From contig DASYTG010000034.1 in assembly GCA_036002525.1 (NCBI GenBank), positions 41,257 through 105,256 of the forward strand: 64,000 nucleotides of DNA, read 5' to 3'. This DNA comes from Candidatus Limnocylindrales bacterium (GTDB lineage: Bacteria > Chloroflexota > Limnocylindria > Limnocylindrales > CSP1-4). Below the pieces are notes generated by a model, which saw only the letters and a list, made by a program, of their open reading frames with translations, was not told where the DNA came from and did no database searches. Positions 27,857 through 36,610 of this stretch are shown here, piece by piece. The stretch's first letter is position 1; each line of letters begins with the position of its first letter. The position numbers and the translations under genes are program-made.

Positions 27857-28066
27857 CTAGTAGCGACGCTCGGTCTCGTCCTGGACCTCGTCCTTGACGT
27901 CGTCGACGCCCTCGCGGAGGTCGTCGCCGGCATTGCCGGCGTCCTTGCGGATGTCGTCGCCGGCGTTCCCGACCTTGTCGGCCAGGTCTTCCTCGCCGTC
28001 GGCCTTCCGCCAAGTCTCCTTGGCGGTCTCCTCGGCTTCCCGATAGGTCTTCTTCATGTCGTCCAC
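27857..28066 (-). CDS. small hydrophilic stress protein (CsbD-like/LEA-like, 69 aa)
   Basis: MDDMKKTYREAEETAKETWRKADGEEDLADKVGNAGDDIRKDAGNAGDDLREGVDDVKDEVQDETERRY. It has the internal repeat GNAGDD(I/L)R, a strong SD (ggaggcaccc) and a terminator downstream. Confidence 0.7.
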   Translation of the reverse strand: MDDMKKTYREAEETAKETWRKADGEEDLADKVGNAGDDIRKDAGNAGDDLREGVDDVKDEVQDETERRY

Positions 28067-28350
28067 GGGGTGCCTCCAGATGGGGGCCCGGAGCCGAACG
28101 ACCCCGGAGGGCCTCGACCGTAGGTCAGGCGGGCTCTCGCAGCGAGCCCGCCGGCGCGGCGGCGGCTATCAGCGGGCTTGCATCGGGGCGATGGTGGCGT
28201 CGGTGGCGTCGGGTGGCGTCGATTCGCCTGTCACGCGGCTGCAAGCGATGACGCCCTCCCGGTCGAGCGCCCCACGCGCCTGCCCTCCTACCCTCCATCG
28301 GGAGGCCGGAGTGGCGGCGAGCCGCGAGCCGTCCCGAAAGGAGGCACTGG

Positions 28351-28743
28351 ATGACGACAGCGAAGTCGGCCGACATGTCGACAGCAGAAGCCGGTGGACG
28401 GGCCGGCGGAACCCAGTCAGGTACATCGCCGCGCGAGGTCGTCGGCGACGTTGCCAACGGCGTCAAGGGAGCGGCGGAGACCGTCGTCGCCAGGCTGCCG
28501 GAGGCCGCAGCGACCACCCGCGCCGCGGTCGACGAGGCCGCCCGCCGGATCGAGACAGGATCCGACGAGATGCTGACGGCAGGCGCGACCCTGTCGCTTG
28601 GCCTCGCGATCGGCCTGCTCATCGGCGGTGCCAGCCGGATCCTCGTGGTCCTTGCGCTTATTCCGGCTGCGGCAATGGGGATGACACTCCTCGACCGGAG
28701 CAGCCGGAACGGCGGGCGTGCGAGGCGTCAGCCACTGAGCTGA
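28351..28743 (+). CDS. hypothetical membrane protein (130 aa)
   Basis: Strong SD aaaggagg 7 nt before the ATG. C-terminal TM pair LSLGLAIGLLIGGASRILVVLALIPAAAMGM. A GC hairpin (28789-28810) lies downstream. Confidence 0.7.
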   Translation: MTTAKSADMSTAEAGGRAGGTQSGTSPREVVGDVANGVKGAAETVVARLPEAAATTRAAVDEAARRIETGSDEMLTAGATLSLGLAIGLLIGGASRILVVLALIPAAAMGMTLLDRSSRNGGRARRQPLS

Positions 28744-28835
28744 CCTCCCCTCGCGCGGCAGGCCGCGCAGCCGCCCCGGACAACCAACGGCCCCCGGACA
28801 TCCGGGGGCCGCTTCGACTCTCCGGCGCCGGGGGT

Positions 28836-29408
28836 TCAGGCCTGGGCCGCCTCGACGTGCCGCTCGGCGGTGGTGGCGGGGAGCGCCGGTCGCGCCACGA
28901 CCCGCTCGGGCAGGCTGTCGGCGATCGGGGGCCGCCCGAATTCCGTGGCGCACCAGGCACAGAGGGTCCAGTCGAGGCCCATCGAGCGGTGGCACGACAG
29001 GCACTGGTGGGCGAGGCGTGTCCGGCACGACGGGCAGGCGAGCCATTGTTCCTCGACGGCAAGCCCGCACCCCGGGCAGTGGAGGCTCTCGGCGGCCTCG
29101 AGGCCGAGGAGGCGGTCGTTGAGCTGCCGCTCGCGCGACTCGGCCAGGGTTTCGCCCGGCCGAACGATCCGGTAGACGATCACCGCCAGCGGGAAGAGCA
29201 ACGGTGAGGCGAGGATGACCGAGGCGGCCGCGACGTACGGCAGAACGGGGTCGCGATGGCGGCGACGGAGGTCGTGGAACGCCCAGAACGCCGTCGCCAG
29301 CCAGACGAGAACGAAGTAGATCGCCGCGCCGGTGAGGACCGCTCGCACGACCGGCTGATCGGTGAACGCCGCGATCGCCTGGCCGAACTGGTCCAGCAGG
29401 TTGTCCAT
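28836..29408 (-). CDS. membrane protein with C-terminal double zinc ribbon
   Basis: Two N-terminal TM segments, then HCPGCG...ACPSCRTRLAHQCLSCHRSMGLDWTLCAWC. Confidence 0.75.
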   Translation of the reverse strand: MDNLLDQFGQAIAAFTDQPVVRAVLTGAAIYFVLVWLATAFWAFHDLRRRHRDPVLPYVAAASVILASPLLFPLAVIVYRIVRPGETLAESRERQLNDRLLGLEAAESLHCPGCGLAVEEQWLACPSCRTRLAHQCLSCHRSMGLDWTLCAWCATEFGRPPIADSLPERVVARPALPATTAERHVEAAQA

Positions 29409-29432
29409 CGTCGCCTCCTCGGCCCGGCTTCC

Positions 29433-29918
29433 CTACCCCTGCCGCCCCGCGGCGGACAGCGGCAGCGCGGCGGAGATCGGCAGCCACGCCTGGGCGAGAA
29501 CCTCATCCCTCCGGCGGGCCATCCGGGCCCCCAGGTCCGCGAGCTCGCGGCGACCAAGGGCCTTGCGCGCCCGGGGGAACATCTCGACCTCTTCCTCCTG
29601 CATGTGGTGCTCGATGTTGCCGATCATCACCCGGCAGCGCGCGCCCCAGGCCTCGTGGTCGAACGGAAGTGCGTCGAGCTCTCCCATCAGCATGTCGACG
29701 ACATGGTGCTCCTCGATGCCCTCGAGAACGATCTCGCTCTCGCGCGGCTGGAGAGCCGGGTAGAAGATCTCCTGTTCGATGGCCTCGTGGGCGTCGAGGT
29801 CGCGCTCGAGCCGGACGAACAGCGTCTGGCGGGTGTCGGGGCCCTCCGTTCGCCGCAGCTCCTGCATGACCCTCTTCGCCCGCGCGTGGTCCTCCGCGAG
29901 CAGCTCCAACGCGTCCAT
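29433..29918 (-). CDS. hemerythrin domain-containing protein
   Basis: MDALELLAEDHARAKRVM..., HEAIEQEIFYPAL, EEHHVVDMLM and IEHHMQEEEVEMFP are the His/Glu pattern of hemerythrin-like cation-binding domains. Start at 29918. Confidence 0.85.
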   Translation of the reverse strand: MDALELLAEDHARAKRVMQELRRTEGPDTRQTLFVRLERDLDAHEAIEQEIFYPALQPRESEIVLEGIEEHHVVDMLMGELDALPFDHEAWGARCRVMIGNIEHHMQEEEVEMFPRARKALGRRELADLGARMARRRDEVLAQAWLPISAALPLSAAGRQG

Positions 29919-30211
29919 CCCCGATGCTTCCTCCACGGACGACGACGCCGCCCGGCGGCGGCGGTTGTGATCGCGCACGTGACGAGCGCATCAGACCCCA
30001 GAACGGCTGACGGGTACACCGTCGGGCGGGGACAGGCGATTGCAGTCCGCTTGCAGGGGCTGGACGGACGCGAGCATGCGGTGCGCCGGCGCACCGGCGG
30101 ATCGCTCGGGCGTGAGCCTCCGGCGGCACGAGCACGGGCCGCGCCTCGCAACACGGCCGCAACGCGACTCCCTTCCGTGCCCGCGCATGCTCGACCCGGC
30201 TGACGCGACGC

Positions 30212-31966
30212 TTGATACGGCTTGTCTGCCGGCCCTCGCGGCCGGGAGGAGCAGACGACCAGGACAGGAGCAATGGAACCAGGGTGACCCACCCGCCAGC
30301 CACCTCAGCCGGGGGCGGGAGCGCGCTTGGCCCCGGACGCGCGAGGGCAGGGCCGGACGATCGCGAGGTCGCCCTCCTCCACGAGCTCTCGGGAGCGGCC
30401 CGGGAGATGCATCGCTCGTTGTCGCTCGACGAGGTGATCCGCGTCGCGACGGAGCGCTCGCGGGAGATCATCGGGGCCCGCCAGGCCGTGACGAGCGAGA
30501 CCATCGACACCGACTGGACCCAGAAGGTCAGCGCGGTGGCGGTCGCCGCCCCGGAGTCCGAGGTCCGCCGGGAGCTGGTCCCGCCGTCGGGTTCGGCCGT
30601 CTATGCCGAGGTTTGCGCCACGAACCGGCCTCTTCGGCTGAGCCAGCAGGAGCTCGGGGCGCGCCTCCAGGCAGGCCAGCCAGGGAAGCCCGGGGAGCGC
30701 GGACGCACGCCCCCGCGCGGCTGGCTGGCCGCGCCGCTCGTTGAGTCGGACGGACGGAACACCGGGCTCATCCAGCTCGCCGACAAGATCGACGGCGGCG
30801 AATTCACGGCCGGCGACGAGGCGATCCTCGTCCAGCTGGCCGGGCTGGCCTCGGTGGCCATGGAGAACGCGCGGCTCTACGAGGCCGCCGTCGACACGCG
30901 GACCCGGCTCGCCTGGGCCGCCCACATCGAGCGGGTGCGGGCAGCCGAGCTCCAGGCGGTCATCGAGGCGATGGGCGAGGCCGTCGTCGTGTCCGACGGC
31001 GCGGGCCGGGTCGGGCTCGTCAATCCCGCCGCGGAGGCCCTCTTTGCCGGACGGCCGATCCAGACGTACGACGATCTGCTCTCGCGGTTCGAGCATCGGC
31101 CGGGTCCCGCGCTCGACCCGACGACCGGGCCGGTCGAGGTCCGGATGCGCGACCAGCGGGGGAAATGGCTCGAGCTGCGGGTCTACCCCGTCCGCGGCAC
31201 TGCCGGCCGGACGGCCGGGCCGGACGAGCCGGAGAGCCGGATCGCGGTCATGCGAGACATCACGACCGCCCGCCAGGCTCGTGCCCAGCACGACGCGTTT
31301 CTCGGGATCCTGTCTCACGAGCTCCGGACGCCGATCACCACGATCTACGCCGGGAGCAAGGTGCTCGCCCGCGACGAGCCGATGGACGAGAGGACGTGGC
31401 GCGAGCTCGCAAGCGACATCAGCGGCGAGGCGGAGCGCCTGTTCCGTCTCGTCGAGGACCTGCTCGTGATGACCCGCGTCGAGCGCGGCGGGCTGCAGCC
31501 GGCGAACGAGCCGGTGCTCCTCCAGCGAGTGCTCGGGGCCGCGATCCGGCTGGAGAAGAGCCACTGGCCGGAGACGCGGATCCGGTTGACCGAGCCGGTC
31601 GACGTCCCGGCGGTCGGGGGCGACGCGACATATGTCGAACAGGTGGCCCGCAATCTCCTGTCGAACGCCGCGAAGTACAGCCCGCCGGGCGAGACGATCG
31701 ACGTCCGCCTGGGGCAGGAGGGCGACGAGGTCACGGTCCGCGTGCTCGACCGGGGCGGCGGATTCGCGTCGGACGAGGCGGACGACCTGTTCGAGCTCTT
31801 CTACCGCTCGCCGGGGACCGCCGCCCAGGCGTCCGGGGCCGGGATCGGGCTGTTCGTGTGCCGTCGGCTCGTCACGGCGATGGGCGGCCGGATCTGGGCC
31901 CGCCCGCGGCCGGGCGGCGGGGCGGAGTTCGGGTTCGCCCTTCGGCGCTACCGCGAGGATTACTGA
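30212..31966 (+). CDS. soluble GAF/PAS sensor histidine kinase (paralogue of 22788..25556)
   Basis: GAF-like N-terminus, PAS-like middle region, H-box FLGILSHELRTPITTIYAGSKVLARDEP. The C-terminus NLLSNAAKYSPPGE...GAGIGLFVCRRLVTAMGGRIWARPRPGGGAEFGF is near-identical in pattern to the first kinase. The exact start is uncertain. Confidence 0.9.
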   Translation: MIRLVCRPSRPGGADDQDRSNGTRVTHPPATSAGGGSALGPGRARAGPDDREVALLHELSGAAREMHRSLSLDEVIRVATERSREIIGARQAVTSETIDTDWTQKVSAVAVAAPESEVRRELVPPSGSAVYAEVCATNRPLRLSQQELGARLQAGQPGKPGERGRTPPRGWLAAPLVESDGRNTGLIQLADKIDGGEFTAGDEAILVQLAGLASVAMENARLYEAAVDTRTRLAWAAHIERVRAAELQAVIEAMGEAVVVSDGAGRVGLVNPAAEALFAGRPIQTYDDLLSRFEHRPGPALDPTTGPVEVRMRDQRGKWLELRVYPVRGTAGRTAGPDEPESRIAVMRDITTARQARAQHDAFLGILSHELRTPITTIYAGSKVLARDEPMDERTWRELASDISGEAERLFRLVEDLLVMTRVERGGLQPANEPVLLQRVLGAAIRLEKSHWPETRIRLTEPVDVPAVGGDATYVEQVARNLLSNAAKYSPPGETIDVRLGQEGDEVTVRVLDRGGGFASDEADDLFELFYRSPGTAAQASGAGIGLFVCRRLVTAMGGRIWARPRPGGGAEFGFALRRYREDY

Positions 31967-32010
31967 CCCCGGCCCTCCCGGCCACTGTCAGGCCGCCGGC
32001 CGGGCCACCA

Positions 32011-32357
32011 TCAGACTCGGGGCAGGAGCTCGGTCGCGGCGAACTCGATGAGCGCTCCGAACGAGATCCCGGGGGCCGTGCTCCTCCGGGCGCCCGCCCC
32101 GATCGGGCCGACCGGGTGGCGACCGATCGGGCGCCCGGCACCCTCGAGGTGGCGTTCGCCATGGTCTCGATCGGGAAACAGGACCCCGAAGAGCATCGCG
32201 ACCCAGGCGATCGAGCCGACGGTGATCAGCACGAGGACGATCTGCCTGTTCTGTGGGACGCGGCCGAAGAGAGGGTGCTGGTCCAACCGAGGGCCGCCGT
32301 CAGCAGTCGGCCGACGAACCGACCGAGGAGACCGAAGATCGTCGCAAGAATCGCCAT
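32011..32357 (-). pseudogene. small membrane protein gene, possibly frameshifted (or shorter gene starting at an internal TTG)
   Basis: Frame A from the ATG at 32357 gives MAILATIFGLLGRFVGRLLTAALGWTSTL, then runs into a Ser/Arg tail and a stop at 32226. Frame B continues FGRVPQNRQIVLVLITVGSIAWVAMLFGVLFPD... to the stop at 32011. The two frames join naturally near 32270-32280. Confidence 0.3.
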
Positions 32358-32434
32358 CGCGGGCGAGGGTGCGGCGAGCCGGCACCGAACGGTCCCGCCG
32401 CTCCGGCGCGTGCGTTGCGCCGGTGTTGCAAGCC

Positions 32435-33553
32435 TCAGCCGCGCCGCTCGCCGCTCCGCCGCCGGCCCGTCGCCCGTCTCGCGTCGTCGTCGAGGCGCTG
32501 GCGAAGCAGGTCGACGACCGCGTCCTCCTCCTCCGGCGTCGCCACTGCGGGCGGCTCGGATTGCTCTTCCGCGGCCTCGACGAGGGCGCCGCCGACCCGG
32601 CCGTCCATGTACGCGTCGAGGACCGCCGGATGGACGTAGCTCTTGCGGGCCACGGCCGGGGTGTTGCCGAGGCGGCCGGCCGTCTCGCGGATCGCGGCCA
32701 CGACGTTCCGCCGGGCATCGGTCGCCGAGTCGGCCGGCTGGAGCGCCCGAAGCGCGCGGTACGCGAGCACCGTCCCTGCCCACGTCCGGAAGTCCTTGGC
32801 GGTGAAGTCCCCGCCGGCTATCTCGCGGACATACTCACTGACGTCGTCCGAGGCGACGTCGACGACTGCGCCATCGTCGTCGACGTACTGGAACAGCTCC
32901 TGGCCCGGCAGCTCCTGGCAGCGTCGGACGACGCTCGCGAGGCGGCGGTCGCGGAGCCCGACCTCGTGCTGCTGTCCGCCCTTGCCGCGGAACCGGAAGC
33001 GGACGCGGCTGCCGGTGGTCTGCGCGTGACGGTTGCGGAGGGTCGTCAGCCCGAACGACTTGTTGAGACGCGCGTATTCGTCGTTGCCGACCCTGATGAG
33101 CGTCAGCTCGAGGAGCCGGACGACGGCGGCGAGGACCTTCTCACGCGGCAGGCCCGGCCGGGCCAGGTCCGCGTCGGTCCGTTCGCGGATCGCCGGCAAC
33201 GCACCCGCGAACGCCACCATCCGGTCGAACTTCGACTCGTCGCGGGCCTCGTTCCAGCGCGGGTGATAGCGATGCTGCTTGCGGCCCCGCGCGTCGCGCC
33301 CCGTCGCCTGGATGTGGCCGTTCGGCCAGCGGCAGATCCAGACGTCGGTCCATGCCGGCGGGATCGCGAGCGACTTGATCCGCGCGATCGTGTCCGTGTC
33401 GCGGATCGTCTGGCCGTCCGGATCGAGATAGGTGAAGCCGCGGCCGGCACGCCGCCGGCTGATCCCGGCCTCGGCGTCGGACGAGTAGCGCAGGCCGGCG
33501 CTCCGCGCGACGTCGCGGGGCTCGGGACGGTCGCCGTTCACGGACTGGGTCAC
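32435..33553 (-). CDS. DNA topoisomerase IB (poxvirus-like bacterial TopIB)
   Basis: GFTYLDPDGQTIRDTDTIARIKSLAIPPAWTDVWICRWPNGHIQATGRDARGRKQHRYHPRW and FRFRGKGGQQHEV, plus the C-terminal SYVHPAVLD (catalytic Tyr region). Start set at the GTG at 33553; upstream codons are Arg-rich. Confidence 0.85.
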   Translation of the reverse strand: MTQSVNGDRPEPRDVARSAGLRYSSDAEAGISRRRAGRGFTYLDPDGQTIRDTDTIARIKSLAIPPAWTDVWICRWPNGHIQATGRDARGRKQHRYHPRWNEARDESKFDRMVAFAGALPAIRERTDADLARPGLPREKVLAAVVRLLELTLIRVGNDEYARLNKSFGLTTLRNRHAQTTGSRVRFRFRGKGGQQHEVGLRDRRLASVVRRCQELPGQELFQYVDDDGAVVDVASDDVSEYVREIAGGDFTAKDFRTWAGTVLAYRALRALQPADSATDARRNVVAAIRETAGRLGNTPAVARKSYVHPAVLDAYMDGRVGGALVEAAEEQSEPPAVATPEEEDAVVDLLRQRLDDDARRATGRRRSGERRG

Positions 33554-33750
33554 CGCGGGAGAGTGGCTGACCGGCCCTCTCGGCCGGGTGCGCGGGTCCC
33601 GAGCCCGCCATCGCAGTGCCGTTGCACGCTCCGGCCGGCGGGCACGTCCGTCATGTCGCCGTAGCCAGTGGCTCAGTGTGGAACGGTCCAGCCGCAATGG
33701 GATGCGCTGGACACTCCGGGTCCACGATCCTTCCCCAGGAGTCCCACGCG

Positions 33751-34752
33751 ATGTCGACCGGCCCCCGTCCCAACGCGCCCGCTCGCCGCGACGCCATCGT
33801 CGTCGACGGCGCGCGCAAGCGATTCGGCAAGGTCGTCGCAGTCGACGGGATCAGCCTGACGGTCCCCTCCGGGACGATCGTCGGGCTCATCGGGCCATCG
33901 GGCTCCGGCAAGACCACGACTGTCCGCATGCTGACCGGCGCGCTGAGGCCGGATGCGGGCACGGTCCGCGTTCTGGGCGAGGAGCCCCAGCGGTTCCGGC
34001 GACGGACCCGCGAGCGGATCGGGTACATGCCCCAGCAGTTCACGCTCTACCCGGACCTGACCGCCGCGGAGAACGTCGACTTCATGGCGAGCATGTTCGG
34101 GTTGCTCTGGCTGCGCCGTCGGCGGCGGGTCCGCGAGGCGCTCCAGACGGTCGACCTGTGGGACGCCCGCAAGCGCCGGGCCCACGCGCTGTCGGGCGGC
34201 ATGCAGCGCCGGCTCGAGCTCGCCTGCGCGCTCGTCCACGAGCCATCCGTCTACTTCCTCGACGAGCCGACTGCGGGGGTCGACCCGCTCCTCCGAGGCC
34301 GCGTGTGGGAAGAGCTCCACCGCCTGAAGGACACCGGCCGGACGCTGCTCGTGACCACCCAGTACGTCAACGAGGCCGAGGAGTGCGACAGCGTCGCGCT
34401 CGTCGCCCACGGGCGAGTCCTGGCGCTCGCAACCCCGGACAACCTGCGCCGAGAGGCGATGGGCGGCGACCTGATCGAGGTCGAGACGACCGACGCGTTC
34501 GACGGCAACGTGCTTCGCGAGCTGCCGGAGGTTCGCGACGTTCGGATCCAGGGACCGCGCACGTTCCAGGTGGTCGTCGAGGAGGCCGGGGCGGCAACCC
34601 CCGCGGTCATGGAGGCAATCACGGATGCCGGCGGGGACGTAGCCGCGTCGCGGGAGGTCCGGCCGTCGTTCGACGATGTGTTTGCGGAGCTCGTCGAACG
34701 GGACGCGCGAGCGCGCGACGACGCGGTCGAGAAAGCGAAGGTGGCCGGGTGA
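33751..34752 (+). CDS. ABC transporter ATP-binding protein
   Basis: Walker A GLIGPSGSGKTT, signature LSGGMQRRLELA, Walker B YFLDEPTAGVD. ATG at 33751. Confidence 0.9.
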   Translation: MSTGPRPNAPARRDAIVVDGARKRFGKVVAVDGISLTVPSGTIVGLIGPSGSGKTTTVRMLTGALRPDAGTVRVLGEEPQRFRRRTRERIGYMPQQFTLYPDLTAAENVDFMASMFGLLWLRRRRRVREALQTVDLWDARKRRAHALSGGMQRRLELACALVHEPSVYFLDEPTAGVDPLLRGRVWEELHRLKDTGRTLLVTTQYVNEAEECDSVALVAHGRVLALATPDNLRREAMGGDLIEVETTDAFDGNVLRELPEVRDVRIQGPRTFQVVVEEAGAATPAVMEAITDAGGDVAASREVRPSFDDVFAELVERDARARDDAVEKAKVAG

Positions 34753-35936
34753 TCGTCCTCCAGGTGATCACCCGGCTCGTCGCCTTCGTCGGGAAGGAGA
34801 TCGTCGAGGTCATCCGCCGGCCGGGAGCGATCGTGAGCCTGATCCTCGGGCCGTTCATCCTCATGGCCGTGTTCGGAATCGGCTACCAGGGCTACCGGCG
34901 ACCCCTCCAGACGATCATCGTCGTGCCACCCGAGACTGGCCTGCCGATGGAGGTGGAGACCTACCGTGAGGTCGTGACGGGCATGGATATCGTCGAGATC
35001 GCTCCGGACCGGACCGCCCCCGAGGAGCGCCTGCGAAACCGCGAGATCGACGTCGTCATCGTGGCCCCGGCCGACGCCGAGGCCGAGTTCCGGGCCGGCC
35101 AGCAATCGGTCATCGAGGTCGAGATCAACGTCGTCGATCCGGTGATGCAGGCGTACGCCGGCTTTCTCGCCCAGCTCATGGCGAACGAGGTCAATGCCAA
35201 GCTCCTCGAGCGGGCGGTCGAGGAGGGCGCGGGCTACGTCATCGAGGCCGGCCAGGCGGAGGCGATCACGATCCCGCCCGAGGTCATCGCCAGGCCGACC
35301 CGGGCCGAGGTCGTCAATATCTCAACGGTCGAGCCGAGCCCGGCGAACTTCTACAGCCCGGGCGTCCTGGCCCTCATCCTCCAGCACCTCGCGGTGACCC
35401 TCGTGGCGATCTCGCTCGTTCGGGAGCGGACGACCGGCCTCATCGAGCTGTTCCGAATCTCGCCGATCAGCACGTGGGAGGTAATTCTCGGCAAGGTCCT
35501 CGCGTTCGGAGTCCTGTGCGGCGCGATCTCGGCGGTCACACTGGGCCTGATGGTCCAGGTACTCGGCGTTCCGCTCGTCGGCGACCCGTGGCTCGTGGCG
35601 GGGGTGCTTGCCCTCCTGACGGTTGCCTCGCTCGGTCTCGGGCTGCTCATCGGCATCCTGTCGGACTCGGAGCGCCAGGCGGTCCAGCTGTCGTTGTTGA
35701 CGCTCCTCGCGGCCGTCTTCTTCAGCGGGTTCGTCCTGCCGATCGAGGAGTTCACCCCCGGCGTCCGGACCGTCGCGTACGTCCTCCCGGTGACCCATGG
35801 CATCCGCCTGGTCCAGGACCTCATGCTGCGCGGCTGGACGAACGCCGGCTGGCAGGTCGTCGCCCTGGGCGGCATCGGAGCAGTCCTCCTCCTCGCCGCC
35901 TGGGTGCTGCTCCGACGGTCGATGACCCGGGCCTGA
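34749..35936 (+). CDS. ABC-2 type transporter permease
   Basis: The GTG overlaps the ATPase stop (GTGA). One N-terminal TM, a long extracytoplasmic loop, then 5 C-terminal TM segments (LALILQHLAVTLVAISLV..., VLPVTHGIRLVQDLML). Confidence 0.85.
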   Translation: MIVLQVITRLVAFVGKEIVEVIRRPGAIVSLILGPFILMAVFGIGYQGYRRPLQTIIVVPPETGLPMEVETYREVVTGMDIVEIAPDRTAPEERLRNREIDVVIVAPADAEAEFRAGQQSVIEVEINVVDPVMQAYAGFLAQLMANEVNAKLLERAVEEGAGYVIEAGQAEAITIPPEVIARPTRAEVVNISTVEPSPANFYSPGVLALILQHLAVTLVAISLVRERTTGLIELFRISPISTWEVILGKVLAFGVLCGAISAVTLGLMVQVLGVPLVGDPWLVAGVLALLTVASLGLGLLIGILSDSERQAVQLSLLTLLAAVFFSGFVLPIEEFTPGVRTVAYVLPVTHGIRLVQDLMLRGWTNAGWQVVALGGIGAVLLLAAWVLLRRSMTRA

Positions 35937-36610
35937 TGAGCTCCCTCGAGGGGGGCACGGTCATCGGGCGCCGCTGGGTCGGCCTGGGGCTCGCACTGTA
36001 CGGCGCGTTGAGCCTGGGCCTGATCCTGATCCTGCTGATCCTCGTTTCAGGGCCCCGCGATGAGGGCGATGGACTCCTCGGTCTCGACGCGCAGCGGCGG
36101 CAGCTGCTCAGCGTCATCGATGCCTCGGCGACGGCGATCCGGGATGCCGAGACGGCCGCCCGGGGCGTCGACGACACGCTCGTCTCGACGAGCGGCGCGG
36201 CCGCCTCCGCGGGCACGTTCATGAGCGGCCTCGCGACGACGATGCGGGAGCTGGCGGCATCGCTCCGGATCTCGATCTTCGGCAGCCAGCCGTTCGCCGG
36301 TCCCGCCGACGAGTTCGAGCAGGTGGCGGCACAGGCCAGCCGGGTGGCCGCCGACCTCGACCTCGCGGCCGCGTCGATCCGCCTGGGGGCCGCGGACATG
36401 GTCGCGCTGGCCGACCAGCTGGCGGCGGTCCGGGACGAGGTCCAGTTGATGCGCACCAGGCTGGAGGAACCCTTCGACGAGGGGCCGTGGCGGCGCGTCG
36501 CCGCGGCGATCCTCGCCTGGCTGGTCGTCCCCGCCCTCGTCAGTCTGTGGGTCGGGCTCCATTGGTGGCGTCAGGGTCCGCGGCCGAGTCCACTCGTCTT
36601 GCCCGGCTGA
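35936..36610 (+). CDS. hypothetical membrane protein (224 aa) coupled to the ABC-2 permease
   Basis: The ATG overlaps the permease stop (ATGA). N-terminal TM WVGLGLALYGALSLGLILILLILV, an Ala-rich helical middle region and a C-terminal TM. Confidence 0.6.
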   Translation: MSSLEGGTVIGRRWVGLGLALYGALSLGLILILLILVSGPRDEGDGLLGLDAQRRQLLSVIDASATAIRDAETAARGVDDTLVSTSGAAASAGTFMSGLATTMRELAASLRISIFGSQPFAGPADEFEQVAAQASRVAADLDLAAASIRLGAADMVALADQLAAVRDEVQLMRTRLEEPFDEGPWRRVAAAILAWLVVPALVSLWVGLHWWRQGPRPSPLVLPG

